This document shows, in pieces, positions 49,192 through 58,637 of a DNA stretch of 64,000 nucleotides. Numbering within the stretch: position 1 is the stretch's first letter; every line of letters starts with the position of its first letter. This stretch comes from a virus: IMG/VR virus record IMGVR_UViG_3300027963_000048, positions 32,001-96,000 of that record; one strand, given 5' to 3'. The notes below the pieces were generated by a model. That model saw only the letters and a program-made list of their open reading frames with translations. It did not search any database and was not told the origin of the DNA. A program made the translations under genes and the position numbers.

Positions 49192-49443
49192 CTAGTCGAT
49201 GATTGTAAGTTCCTCTGGTTTGTAGCCGATTATGAGTACTTCTCCGCATCTGCCTTTCCAGGATATGATAGCGTAGCCGTCTTTTAGCGCGGTGATTGCG
49301 TCTGTTACTGTTTCGGTGACGTCGTCTCCGTTGTATTTTGGTTTTCCATTGGTTTGTCCTACGATTAATGGGCGTATGTCGAACTTGATGAGTGGTTCAT
49401 CGTTTAAGGTTTTCCATAATGCTTTTTTGGTGATCTGGGTCAT
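49192..49443 (-). CDS. Hypothetical protein
   Basis: GGAG RBS. Confidence 0.5.
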   Translation of the reverse strand: MTQITKKALWKTLNDEPLIKFDIRPLIVGQTNGKPKYNGDDVTETVTDAITALKDGYAIISWKGRCGEVLIIGYKPEELTIID

Positions 49444-49595
49444 TGTGATGCTCCGTTTGTGATGTTGTGACTGGCTAATTGTAGCAGGTTTGATATTGTT
49501 TAATAATTATGTGTGTTGTATTGGAGGGTTATTTTTCCTATGTTCGTGGTCTGTCACATCATGCCGGGAAATTCACCAGTACTTGGAGTGATGAA

Positions 49596-50744
49596 ATGAA
49601 CTTTGCAGCTGGCACTGGCTTTGAGTTGCGACCTTATCAGCAGAGGATTATAAAGAAAGTGACAGACATGTTCAAGGGTGAATATGTCAAGAATGACCAG
49701 AAGCAGGTTTATAATAGCGTTGTGATTGAGAGTCCTACTGGGTCTGGTAAGACTTGTATGATGCTTCTTACCGCTAGAGAAATGCAGAAGAGTATTCCCG
49801 GCTTGTATGTTTGTTGGTTTGCTATGCGTCGCAATTTGTTGCGGCAGGCAGCTGAGGAGAATACGCGTCGTGGTGTTGGAGTTGACATTCAGTTCTTTTC
49901 TATGTTTGGGAAAGAATTCGAAGATGTTTTGAGAGCTAAGGCTGAGGGTCGTAAGATCCTTGTGGTGTTGGATGAATATCAGCATGATAGTTGTAATACT
50001 ATGGCTAATATTCACAATGTGATACAGCCTGATTTTGTACTTGGTGGTACTGCTACACCTTACCGTACTGATAGCGCTAGTTTGAGCTATCAGGCGATTG
50101 TGAAGGATGCTGGGATTCATACGTTGATTACTGAGGGTTTTTTGAGTCAGTATGATCATTATTGTATAGAGGATTGGAAGCCTGAGACGGTAGCTCGTCA
50201 TTACTTGGCTGATCGTAGTAAGTGGGGCAAGAGTTTATTTTATTTCGTTAACACGAATTTGTGCCAGGAATTCCATGCGATTTTGCAGGCTAACGGTGTT
50301 GAGTCTGAGGTTGTCACTGCTAATAGTGATGATGAGGCGCAGATAGCTCGGTTTGAGTCTGGTGAGATTGATGTTTTGATTAATTGTATGAAGCTTACGG
50401 AGGGTTTTGATTGCCCTGCTCTTAGAACTGTATGGGTGCGTGATAGTGTGAAGGGTCCAACTGTGCAGATGGGTGGTCGGGTGCTTCGGAAGTTTGGTAA
50501 TTTGCCTGTTAAGCAGATTGTGCAGAGTGTTGCCACACGTGTGCCATTCACTAGGGTTGCTAAGCCTCGCTATCAGACTTTGTTTAAGGATGGTAAGTGG
50601 TCGAGTTTGACTATTAATCCTAAGATGGAGCAGATATCGATTATGAGTCGTGTTGCTTGCGCTAGCGCTATTACTGAGATGCCTCAGTTTATTACCAAGA
50701 ATAAGCGTAAGAAGTCTCGGATCTTTGGAGCTCCTTTGGATTAA
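49596..50744 (+). CDS. SF2 DEAD/DEAH-like helicase (ResIII type)
   Basis: LRPYQ, SPTGSGKT, VLDEYQH, GTATPYR, LTEGFDCP, QMGGRVLR. Confidence 0.9.
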   Translation: MNFAAGTGFELRPYQQRIIKKVTDMFKGEYVKNDQKQVYNSVVIESPTGSGKTCMMLLTAREMQKSIPGLYVCWFAMRRNLLRQAAEENTRRGVGVDIQFFSMFGKEFEDVLRAKAEGRKILVVLDEYQHDSCNTMANIHNVIQPDFVLGGTATPYRTDSASLSYQAIVKDAGIHTLITEGFLSQYDHYCIEDWKPETVARHYLADRSKWGKSLFYFVNTNLCQEFHAILQANGVESEVVTANSDDEAQIARFESGEIDVLINCMKLTEGFDCPALRTVWVRDSVKGPTVQMGGRVLRKFGNLPVKQIVQSVATRVPFTRVAKPRYQTLFKDGKWSSLTINPKMEQISIMSRVACASAITEMPQFITKNKRKKSRIFGAPLD

Positions 50745-50821
50745 GTATTATCCTATAATATCTTTTGTGTTTCGATATTGTCATATAGTATTGTGGTTTT
50801 GGTGATTTTTAACAAGAGGAG

Positions 50822-51952
50822 ATGATGATGATGACGACTTTTAATTACGTGACCACCAATGTTAAGTCTTTGCGAGCTCACGTTGATGAGCAGCGGACGA
50901 AAACCGGTCGGTTGTTACGCAAGACTTGCGACAAGATTGAGATTGATGGTCAGGCTGCCCATCCGACCTCTAGGTTTTGGAATAGCTTGTATAGCATGTA
51001 CGGGTTCAATGGTGCGTTTTTCAAGTACTTCAGCCATGATGAAGTGTTCACGCGTCTCCAGGAGCGTGATGATGATAGGGAGATTCGGGTGTGTGTGGAG
51101 AGCGATAATGGGGTTGATAAGTTGCTTGCTTGTACAAATCCCAATTCTGGTCTGATCACTTATGATGAGTTGATGGATTTGACTAGCACCTTGGGTGGTG
51201 ACAAGGTTCGTTATGCCAATGGTGTGGTTGAGTCGTGTCACAAACCTGCGGTTGGTGCTGGTGATGTGTCGATTGGTGGTGATCAGTTTACACCACATGT
51301 TACGCTTTCAGCACCTATCGATGGTTATGGGTTGCCTAGTTTGTATTTGAGCTTGCTGCGTCAGGTGTGTTCGAATGGGTTGGTTGCTATGGATAAGGCT
51401 TTCCAGAGTCGGATTTCGGTTGGTAAGAAGGATGGCAATGTTTCTTATAGCATTGCTCGCCATTTGCAAGGTTATGGTAATGATGAGGGTTATTCTGCGA
51501 TCAGGCAGCGGATTTCGTCGTCGCAGACTTCTAGAGCGTCGTTGTTTGAGGTGACTGATCTTTATAACGCTATCAGCCGTGTTAAGGAGAATATTTCTAG
51601 TGTTGCACCAGAGGATACCGCTGGTTCGATGGTGCAGCAGGAATACGGGATGAGCAATCGGTTTAGCGTGTCGAGATCTTTGGTTAATCTGGCTGGTGAT
51701 GTGTCGAGCTTGTATGGTTTAGCGTCCACTAGCATGGTTAATACTAAGAAATTGAAGACGTTGCCAGCTAAGTGTAGTGTGTATGACTTGATCAATTTTG
51801 CTACTGAGGTAGCTACTCACCATTCTGATACTACTGCTGCTCGGCGTTTGCATGGGTGGGTTGGTAGTTTGATTAGTAACGAGTATGATCTTGAGGGTGC
51901 TAAGATGACTTTGGATAGCAATGGCTTCAAGGAATTACACCTTAGTGCATAA
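50822..51952 (+). CDS. DUF932-like protein
   Basis: IDG.G....Y....RQVCSNGLV; S.YDLINF.TE.A.H. Confidence 0.55.
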   Translation: MMMMTTFNYVTTNVKSLRAHVDEQRTKTGRLLRKTCDKIEIDGQAAHPTSRFWNSLYSMYGFNGAFFKYFSHDEVFTRLQERDDDREIRVCVESDNGVDKLLACTNPNSGLITYDELMDLTSTLGGDKVRYANGVVESCHKPAVGAGDVSIGGDQFTPHVTLSAPIDGYGLPSLYLSLLRQVCSNGLVAMDKAFQSRISVGKKDGNVSYSIARHLQGYGNDEGYSAIRQRISSSQTSRASLFEVTDLYNAISRVKENISSVAPEDTAGSMVQQEYGMSNRFSVSRSLVNLAGDVSSLYGLASTSMVNTKKLKTLPAKCSVYDLINFATEVATHHSDTTAARRLHGWVGSLISNEYDLEGAKMTLDSNGFKELHLSA

Positions 51953-52042
51953 TATTTATTGGTTTAGGTGCGAGGGGGATTGCCCTCTCGCACTTTCTTT
52001 GTCACATGTGGTCGGTGGTTCACGTGTTAGGAGGGGTGTGTT

Positions 52043-52534
52043 ATGGCGTTTACTAAGATTTGGGAAGATTTTAAAGCGTGCAAGGAGCCGTATTTTCGAC
52101 TCGAATTGCCTAAGCCGTCGATGGAGTTAACTGCTGCTGCGCCTCCTCGTATTAGGAAGATACATGAGGAAGCACCTAATTTGACGATTGTGGAAATTAA
52201 GACTGATTTGCTGGATGATGGGCGGTTTGCATGTCTGAAGGCAATGCGCGATTTGGATGATCAGAGTGCTTTTGGATTGCTGTTGACGTGGTGGAGTATG
52301 TTCGCTTTGGGCATTGGGATGAAGCAGGTTATCCCTATTGATAGGCTCTCTGGAAAGGGGTTGGCAGAGGATTTACATCAATGTGGTTTTGCTAATGTGG
52401 TTAAAAGAAAGAAATCGGGTGCTGGATTGTACACTTATCATAGTGTACTGTCCAAGGTGGGGAAGCATACTAAAATTATTGGTGTGGATATTGAAGCTGC
52501 CGATTGCCCTTGTAAATTTTCAAGGAGTGCGTAA
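52043..52534 (+). CDS. Hypothetical protein
   Basis: AGGAGG RBS and promoter element. Confidence 0.6.
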   Translation: MAFTKIWEDFKACKEPYFRLELPKPSMELTAAAPPRIRKIHEEAPNLTIVEIKTDLLDDGRFACLKAMRDLDDQSAFGLLLTWWSMFALGIGMKQVIPIDRLSGKGLAEDLHQCGFANVVKRKKSGAGLYTYHSVLSKVGKHTKIIGVDIEAADCPCKFSRSA

Positions 52535-52785
52535 TGCCTAGTTTTAAGTTGACTATTGGTGTTGAGGTGGATGTTGATAATGTGATGGATCCTACTACTA
52601 GTTTGAATGTTATTAACAATAGGATCTATGATAAATGTATTGCTCGGGATGATGTAGAGTTCGATGGTATGGGTTTTACAAATGGGCAGTGCGAATTCGG
52701 GTTCACAGTTGAAGCGGTTGAATTGGCTGATGCTTTGAGTGTGGTTGTTGAATGTATTAGGAATTCTAACATTGGAGGTGTATGA
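52534..52785 (+). CDS. Hypothetical protein
   Basis: AAGGAG RBS. Confidence 0.55.
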   Translation: MPSFKLTIGVEVDVDNVMDPTTSLNVINNRIYDKCIARDDVEFDGMGFTNGQCEFGFTVEAVELADALSVVVECIRNSNIGGV

Positions 52786-52997
52786 TGGGTAGAGCTAAGG
52801 TTGGTGGCGTAGGTGCACGTGATAATCGTGAATCTATTTTACTGCGGGTTGAGCCGTCTGTGGCTGCTTTGATTCGTGAGGCTGCTAGGCGTGAGGAGCG
52901 TACTCTTACTGCTGTAATGACGCGTGCTTTGCGATCTTATTTGAAGACCGAGCATGGTCCTGCTGCTGTCGATGAATATTGTAATTCTGCAGGGTGA
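52782..52997 (+). CDS. Ribbon-helix-helix DNA-binding protein
   Basis: SILLRVEPSVAALIREAARREERTLTAVMTRALRSYL. Confidence 0.65.
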   Translation: MMGRAKVGGVGARDNRESILLRVEPSVAALIREAARREERTLTAVMTRALRSYLKTEHGPAAVDEYCNSAG

Positions 52998-53088
52998 TAG
53001 GGGATTTCTTGCTCATCTGATTTCTGTCACAATTGGTTGGTGAGGGAGAACGGTTTTTCCTCACCAAATGCGAAAGCGGGAGGTTGCG

Positions 53089-53730
53089 ATGAGTTTCTTG
53101 AATAATCTAAAGTCCAAGTCGGTTAACAAGGCTACTAAGACTGGTGCAAAGAAGGGCACCAGTTGGATGCTAACTGAGGCAGCTCATATTGACGCGGTCA
53201 ACGAGATCGTGAAGCTCGACCGTGAGGTTGATGCTATCAATGCCAAGATTAATGTTCGGAAGAACATTCTTAAGGGTGTTGCTCAGGAAAAATGGCTTTC
53301 TGATTATGTCCGTGAATCTGGATCTCCAGAATCTCCGATGAAGCTGTTGACTCCTGAGGGAGAGAGCTTGACCTATGTGGTGCAGGATCGCAGCGGCCAG
53401 GTGAAGGTCTCTGATGATCTTCGTGAGCAGCTCGTAGTTGAGATTGGGTCGGATGCGGTTGATCGTCTCTTGTACGAGGAGACCACGTTCAGCTTCAATC
53501 GTGTGGCGTTGATGAACCCACAGATTGAGAAGGCTGTTAGCAAGGCCCTTGAGGCCTTGGTTGAGCAGGTGGCCTCTATCGATCCTGAGATTTCGTTGTT
53601 GGATGTCGAGCAGAAGGTGGCTTATAAGAAGCTTGATAATTTGACTGAGATTTGTGGTCATGATAGGGGTGCTATCTCCCGATTCGTTGAATTAATCGGC
53701 AGTGCTTTGGTCCGATATTTGAAGGTTTAA
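53089..53730 (+). CDS. Hypothetical protein
   Basis: GGAGG RBS and promoter element. Confidence 0.65.
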   Translation: MSFLNNLKSKSVNKATKTGAKKGTSWMLTEAAHIDAVNEIVKLDREVDAINAKINVRKNILKGVAQEKWLSDYVRESGSPESPMKLLTPEGESLTYVVQDRSGQVKVSDDLREQLVVEIGSDAVDRLLYEETTFSFNRVALMNPQIEKAVSKALEALVEQVASIDPEISLLDVEQKVAYKKLDNLTEICGHDRGAISRFVELIGSALVRYLKV

Positions 53731-53821
53731 GGTCGTCCCTTGATGGGGTGGGGGGATTTCTCTCCCACCCCTTTATTGTCACATCGAATTGTCAGTTTGA
53801 TAATAATAAGGAGGCGCAACG

Positions 53822-54025
53822 ATGGAAGCTGCTGTTTGGGCTAATCAGTTGGATTGTAACAGCATTATCAAGCACCTTGATGTTGGTGCGTTGTTTAAAT
53901 TTCCAAATGATGATATGGTGATGTTATATCACGGGCGCGGGTGGTATTCAAATCCGACCCATCCCAGGAATCCTTTGATTCGGTTTAAGACTGGGATGAA
54001 TACTGGAGTTATTAGAATTAATTAA
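53822..54025 (+). CDS. Hypothetical protein
   Basis: GAGG RBS and promoter element. Confidence 0.55.
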   Translation: MEAAVWANQLDCNSIIKHLDVGALFKFPNDDMVMLYHGRGWYSNPTHPRNPLIRFKTGMNTGVIRIN

Positions 54026-54039
54026 TTGGAGGGTGTGCG

Positions 54040-54294
54040 ATGGCTGTTAATGCGGTGAAGGTTACTGATCGTGTTTCTGGAATTGCTGGCATGAATGCCA
54101 AGTTGAAAGAGGCGTTGGCTTCCGTGTGGGTTTTGGAAGGGCACGATGGCTTTTGGTCTTATCAAGTTGGCGCCAAGCCTGATACTACTCCACCAAGTGG
54201 TGCTGTGTTGGGGAATGTGGGTGGTGGTATGGTTGCCTTATTTGTTGAGAATCAGGTATTTAATCATTTGGTTGAGATTGGTAGTGGTGCGTAG
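54040..54294 (+). CDS. Hypothetical protein
   Basis: GGAGG RBS. Confidence 0.55.
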   Translation: MAVNAVKVTDRVSGIAGMNAKLKEALASVWVLEGHDGFWSYQVGAKPDTTPPSGAVLGNVGGGMVALFVENQVFNHLVEIGSGA

Positions 54295-54360
54295 TAGGGA
54301 TTTCTCTCCTCTCTCAACCCTGTCACAATTTTGTGTGGTGGTAATAACAAGGAGTGAGAA

Positions 54361-54567
54361 ATGACAACTTACATGATAGTTCGAAGATATCAGAATGCCT
54401 GTAGGGGGGGGGTGGTAGAGCGTGGTTTGAGCCTTGAGGAGGCTCAGGCTCACTGCCGTAACCCAGAAACGTCCTCTAAAACTGCCACATCCTCATGGGC
54501 TGTGACATTAACTGAGAAACGTGGCCCGCGGTTCGACGGGTACGAGGACGAGGGTTCGTTTCTATAA
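54361..54567 (+). CDS. Small phage protein, paralogue of 58638
   Basis: GLSLEEAQAHCRNPETSS.TA...FDGY. Confidence 0.7.
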   Translation: MTTYMIVRRYQNACRGGVVERGLSLEEAQAHCRNPETSSKTATSSWAVTLTEKRGPRFDGYEDEGSFL

Positions 54568-54572
54568 GGAGT

Positions 54573-54758
54573 ATGGTGATGTGGCAAGATTGGTCAGCGA
54601 TCCTCAATAGTGGGGATCGCACTGCGATTATCAGTTGGCTTGCCTGGAATGATCCAAGTGGGGTTTATCTGGATAGTGATTGCGAGCTTGAAGGCTTGCC
54701 TTGTCTAGATATTGATGCTGCTAGGGATTATATGCGTCGGGCATTGGAGAATGGATAG
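54573..54758 (+). CDS. Hypothetical protein
   Basis: AAGGAG RBS; WLAWNDP.GVY.D. Confidence 0.55.
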   Translation: MVMWQDWSAILNSGDRTAIISWLAWNDPSGVYLDSDCELEGLPCLDIDAARDYMRRALENG

Positions 54759-54824
54759 TGGGGGGGGGATTTTCATCCTCTTCTGGTTGTGCCACAATAT
54801 CGTGTCCTTTTTTGGAGGTGAGCG

Positions 54825-55031
54825 ATGATAAAGAAGCAATCGTTGTCGGTGTGGCGTAAGCAGTTTGCTGCTGAATACTTGCGTCGCGTCGGTATTACCA
54901 TTGAGGATGGTGGTGCTGATGGGGTTGTTGAAAATTATTTTTCTGATAGCTTCACGCCAGCGGAGGCGGTGGAGCGTGAGATAGAGAAGTATGATTTGGC
55001 TGATATGTCTAACATGTTTGGGTGGATGTAA
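54825..55031 (+). CDS. Hypothetical protein
   Basis: GGAGG RBS and promoter element. Confidence 0.6.
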   Translation: MIKKQSLSVWRKQFAAEYLRRVGITIEDGGADGVVENYFSDSFTPAEAVEREIEKYDLADMSNMFGWM

Positions 55032-55051
55032 ACACTTAGAAAGGGGTTAAT

Positions 55052-55327
55052 ATGTCATCTGATACTGCTGGTAAGTGTGTTGAAACAATGTCGAATGTTT
55101 CGCAAGATGATTTTGAGGGTTTGTTTGAATGTGAGGATGTGTTTCGTAGTGATATAGATAAAGCGATACAGTGTGTTTATTATTTTGATGGAGTTGGTGG
55201 TGAGGTGGCTCATTATTTTCCGTCGTTGAAGAGTGGCACGATTTTTAAAGTGCCACGGATTTGGCATGAGTCTTTTAAACCCAATCTTACTTTCGTTAGG
55301 AAATGGTTTGAAGGCGAGGAGATATAA
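55052..55327 (+). CDS. Hypothetical protein
   Basis: 91 aa ORF. Confidence 0.5.
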   Translation: MSSDTAGKCVETMSNVSQDDFEGLFECEDVFRSDIDKAIQCVYYFDGVGGEVAHYFPSLKSGTIFKVPRIWHESFKPNLTFVRKWFEGEEI

Positions 55328-55387
55328 ATATATTCTCCCATGTCGTTTGGGCTGTCACAATTTGATGTAACCAAAGGAGATTTTGCG

Positions 55388-55738
55388 ATGAAAGTGATGA
55401 ATCACGCTGAATACCAAAAGAACCTCCAGAAGAAAAGCTGGAGTGCGTTGTGGTACACTGCAAAGGACGCAATGGAGGCTGCGCAGGCCTACCCTGAGGG
55501 AGAGAACGCGTCGTATTACCTCGATGAGGTCAATTATTGCCTGGATGAGATTGCCAGGCGTAACAGGCTTGAATTGAAGGTGAAGGTGAAAGATCAAGAC
55601 ACCATTCACACGATCTACTCCGACTTGTCGAAGGTGGGTTTTGTGATGAGGGAGATTTACCCTACTGGTCACTTGGTCAGTTGCAGAGCTTTCGATAAGG
55701 CTGCTGCTACTGAGTTGTTGTGTGGTGGGCTCAAATAG
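55388..55738 (+). CDS. Hypothetical phage protein
   Basis: AAGGAG RBS; L.Y..KDA.EA....P...N..YY.DEV.YC..E. Confidence 0.6.
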   Translation: MKVMNHAEYQKNLQKKSWSALWYTAKDAMEAAQAYPEGENASYYLDEVNYCLDEIARRNRLELKVKVKDQDTIHTIYSDLSKVGFVMREIYPTGHLVSCRAFDKAAATELLCGGLK

Positions 55739-55839
55739 TGGGGAATCTCTCGCACCCCTTTCTTTAGTGCTTTGTGTGCAAATGGTACGATTACTGCGGA
55801 TTTGTAGATTAGGGTAAAGCGTCGCTTTGATTTGTTGCG

Positions 55840-56070
55840 ACAGTTGCGTGAGCTTGATGCGTAACGGCACCCAGTTGCCGAGCCACCTTGTACTTGTGGG
55901 GTGGAGCTGGAGGTATAGCCCCTGAGCCTTACGTTGTTCGGTGCAATCACCTGTGCCTTATATCGGGGGATGGTGTTGGCGCGAACAGACTCTCCGTCTG
56001 TTACAAGCCCTAGGTTAGGTGCGTACTGCGTTGGTATTAAACACTAAACCTAGATTCAAGTAATTGAGAG
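55840..56070 (+). ncRNA. Candidate structured ncRNA (HEARO/omega-RNA-like features)
   Basis: Non-coding gap with stems GGCA/TGCC, CCACC/GGTGG, AACAGAC/GTCTGTT, CTAGGTT/AACCTAG. Confidence 0.3.
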
Positions 56071-56154
56071 ATTCTTGGAGCTTTGATGGGGTGCCACAAT
56101 TGAGAGGTCAGCAATTGGAGCTGTGTGGCACCCCATCATTTTTGGAGATGAACA

Positions 56155-56439
56155 ATGGATACTGATGAATCTTACTCGAAGTTGAAAACTCGTGCAGAGC
56201 GATTGTTGGTATTAGTGCGTCAAAACGCGCCCTTTGAAATTATTTTCAATGAGATTATGCTGTTGCATAATATGATGCCTGAGTTTGAGGAAGCTTACAT
56301 TAAATGGGTTGTAAGCCAGGCGAAACGTACAATTGAGAAGAATAGGAATACACGCGGGTTATGTTCAGAATGCCCGGCACAGTTGGGGGATGGTGAGGAG
56401 ATCTGGTGTGAAGCGTGTGGCAAGCAATATGATGTGTAA
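56155..56439 (+). CDS. Hypothetical protein with C-terminal zinc ribbon
   Basis: CSEC...CEAC; GGAG RBS. Confidence 0.6.
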   Translation: MDTDESYSKLKTRAERLLVLVRQNAPFEIIFNEIMLLHNMMPEFEEAYIKWVVSQAKRTIEKNRNTRGLCSECPAQLGDGEEIWCEACGKQYDV

Positions 56440-56445
56440 TTGATG

Positions 56446-56476
56446 GGGAGGCAGCCGAGAGGCTGCCTCCCTTTTT
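56446..56476 (+). terminator. Intrinsic terminator
   Basis: GGGAGGCAGCC-GAGA-GGCTGCCTCCC-TTTTT. Confidence 0.85.
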
Positions 56477-56550
56477 ATTCATATATATAAGGATGCTGGG
56501 CGAGGATTTCTCCCCGCCCAGCGTGTTTCCTCTCTGGAACATGTAGTATG

Positions 56551-56883
56551 CTACTGGATGAGGGAATTAAATATATGCATTCCATGGCCGCGGACAATAA
56601 AACTAGCGTAATCGGTTGCAATGTCGAAGTTTTCGAAAATATGTTTGGTCAATTCGCCCTTCATAATTAATGGGATGTGTTTTTCTCTTTTTAAAAGAGC
56701 AATTTGGTCTGGTCCTGTTCTTGCTTCGTTTCGCCTATCGAAAATGCCGACGAGGCCATCGCATAGGGTGACAAAATCTGGTTCATCCATCACAACCGTA
56801 GTGATATGTCGGCCATTTACATTGAATTCTTTTTTGAATGGTGCGCTCATATTGCTCCTGTGGTTAAGTCGTGTCCGTTTCAT
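56551..56883 (-). CDS. Hypothetical protein
   Basis: AGGAG before an internal ATG (MSAPF). Confidence 0.5.
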   Translation of the reverse strand: MKRTRLNHRSNMSAPFKKEFNVNGRHITTVVMDEPDFVTLCDGLVGIFDRRNEARTGPDQIALLKREKHIPLIMKGELTKHIFENFDIATDYASFIVRGHGMHIFNSLIQ

Positions 56884-56974
56884 TTTGGCATCAGCCGGGT
56901 GGTAGAGTAATTACTCCACCACCGTTTTTGTTAAGCGAAGAGTGGAAAGCCTGGGACTTTTCCAGAGCTGTTGG

Positions 56975-57274
56975 TTACGAGGCGGCCCAGAGCTGTTGGT
57001 TGGCGCTGTGAGATATGCGGTCGGTTACATTCTCCGCCACTACGATCTCTAGGATCTTATTAGCGACGCGTGTTAGGGTGTCTCGGTCTGTGTGCCAACT
57101 GTAGCTAGTGCACGCTGATCCGTCTTGAATTGGCTCGTCTTTGTAGTAGATGGTATAGCGGACGAGTGGTTGGTCATTGTCTGCTTCGCCATAGTCTCCA
57201 TTTAATCCTTCTCCGTCATATGAGAGGATAACTTGATGGTCGCCGGTGCTACTTACTATGTCATCGAAATGCAT
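56975..57274 (-). CDS. Hypothetical protein
   Basis: AAGGAG RBS; GEGL.GDY...D.D.PL.R. Confidence 0.6.
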   Translation of the reverse strand: MHFDDIVSSTGDHQVILSYDGEGLNGDYGEADNDQPLVRYTIYYKDEPIQDGSACTSYSWHTDRDTLTRVANKILEIVVAENVTDRISHSANQQLWAAS

Positions 57275-57275
57275 G

Positions 57276-57431
57276 TTAGCTCCTTTGGGGTAGGTTGTTG
57301 TGGGCGTCTTGTGGCACCTTAGGTGCTACTGCGAATTTCTCTGGCCACTTGGGTGCCTCCGGGCAATCTTTGGCGTGAAATTGAACGTCAAAGAAGAAAC
57401 TATACTCGTATTTGCAATGCGGGCAGCTCAT
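57276..57431 (-). CDS. Small zinc-finger-like protein
   Basis: CPHC...H..DC; AGGAG RBS; minus-strand promoter element. Confidence 0.45.
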   Translation of the reverse strand: MSCPHCKYEYSFFFDVQFHAKDCPEAPKWPEKFAVAPKVPQDAHNNLPQRS

Positions 57432-57562
57432 TTGATCTCCTTGTGTTGGATCACCTCGATTGTTTGTGACAGCGCAGTTGATGTGGGATAATGGGTTTTC
57501 CCCTGTCGTTATGTCTGTCACAATTTGATGCAGTTTGATTCCCAGTAACCGCGGAGGCTAAG

Positions 57563-57853
57563 ATGAGATATCGTGAGTTCATCAAACCTTGGATCGTGGG
57601 CCCGATGGCAGAGTGGGAAATCATGGAGATCGGTCGGGCATGCCGCACGCCAAATGGTAAGGGCATCAACCTTACGTGTCTCACCGACGGAGGTGAGAGG
57701 GTGTTGAGTGTGCGAAAAACCGGCGGCGAAAAATACAACAACGTTGCCATCACAGAATGGTGGGACAAATACCTTGGCCTGATGCCATCGCGTCTGGACT
57801 GCCCTAAGACCCCAAAGGGAAGCGTGGTAGTGAAGGTGGTCCCGATAGAATAG
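57563..57853 (+). CDS. Hypothetical protein
   Basis: GGAGG RBS and promoter element. Confidence 0.55.
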   Translation: MRYREFIKPWIVGPMAEWEIMEIGRACRTPNGKGINLTCLTDGGERVLSVRKTGGEKYNNVAITEWWDKYLGLMPSRLDCPKTPKGSVVVKVVPIE

Positions 57854-57943
57854 TGGACAGGCATGTTGGTGGGGGGATTTCTCTCCCCGCCTTTGACTGT
57901 CACAGGAGGGAGTGACGGGACGAATGACACACGGAGAAACGGA

Positions 57944-58210
57944 ATGCTAGACCAAATTGCGGAAATTGCGAATATGGTACAAGCTCAACCAATCATCAAG
58001 TTTGTCGAGACAATCGACGACGAGTGGCACCGGTGGGTTTTGTCTGGCGCCAGAGTTGGGTCCGCTGCCCCTTGGGCTCTCACGTTCGATACTGAAATAG
58101 ATGGTCGAGATCTTGTTGTGGAGAGTGCTGTTGGGCTTTCTGAACCAGAGAGTCAAGAATTGTTGCTCCAGATCCATCAGCTTGTCGAATTCCCAGAAGT
58201 GCCAGAGTAG
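57944..58210 (+). CDS. Hypothetical protein
   Basis: GGAG RBS and promoter element. Confidence 0.55.
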   Translation: MLDQIAEIANMVQAQPIIKFVETIDDEWHRWVLSGARVGSAAPWALTFDTEIDGRDLVVESAVGLSEPESQELLLQIHQLVEFPEVPE

Positions 58211-58280
58211 GGGGATTTTTCTCCCCTCGCCTTTGGCTGCCACAGAATTATGTAACCGACCTCAAACCAAGGAGACGACG

Positions 58281-58565
58281 ATGGAATTCAAAAAAGGCAT
58301 CCTTTGGGGCGGGAAATTTGGACGCCCACCCACGGTCGAGCTCCCCACGCCGGGAGCCAATCAGGGGAAGATCATTGATTACATTCAAGAGGAACACAGG
58401 ATTTTTTTCGAGGTCGGCTATTTTGCCGACGGGCTCTGGTGTTCCTTCGAAAGGGCTTTCGACCATGAGGAAGCATTAGAGAAACAAGCTAGGCTGGCAT
58501 ATAGTCACCAGCGTGACTGGGCAATCGTACAGGTTGACATCAAGATCACACGAAAGTTTGTGTAG
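58281..58565 (+). CDS. Hypothetical protein
   Basis: AAGGAG RBS and promoter element. Confidence 0.55.
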   Translation: MEFKKGILWGGKFGRPPTVELPTPGANQGKIIDYIQEEHRIFFEVGYFADGLWCSFERAFDHEEALEKQARLAYSHQRDWAIVQVDIKITRKFV

Positions 58566-58637
58566 GGGGGGATTTCTCCCTATTTGGCAGACTGTCACAA
58601 TTTACTGGTGGTGAAATTGGTGTCAGGGAGTGCGACA

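Noticed and set aside
49554-53661. Long antisense ORFs (49554-50201, 50915-51298, 53170-53661)
   Set aside because: Products of skewed composition opposite well-supported genes
55741-56530. GGAATC/GGATTT at 55742 and 56504 as full promoter elements
   Set aside because: No TGYCAYA at the 17-nt spacing; at most hairpin-only or decayed copies
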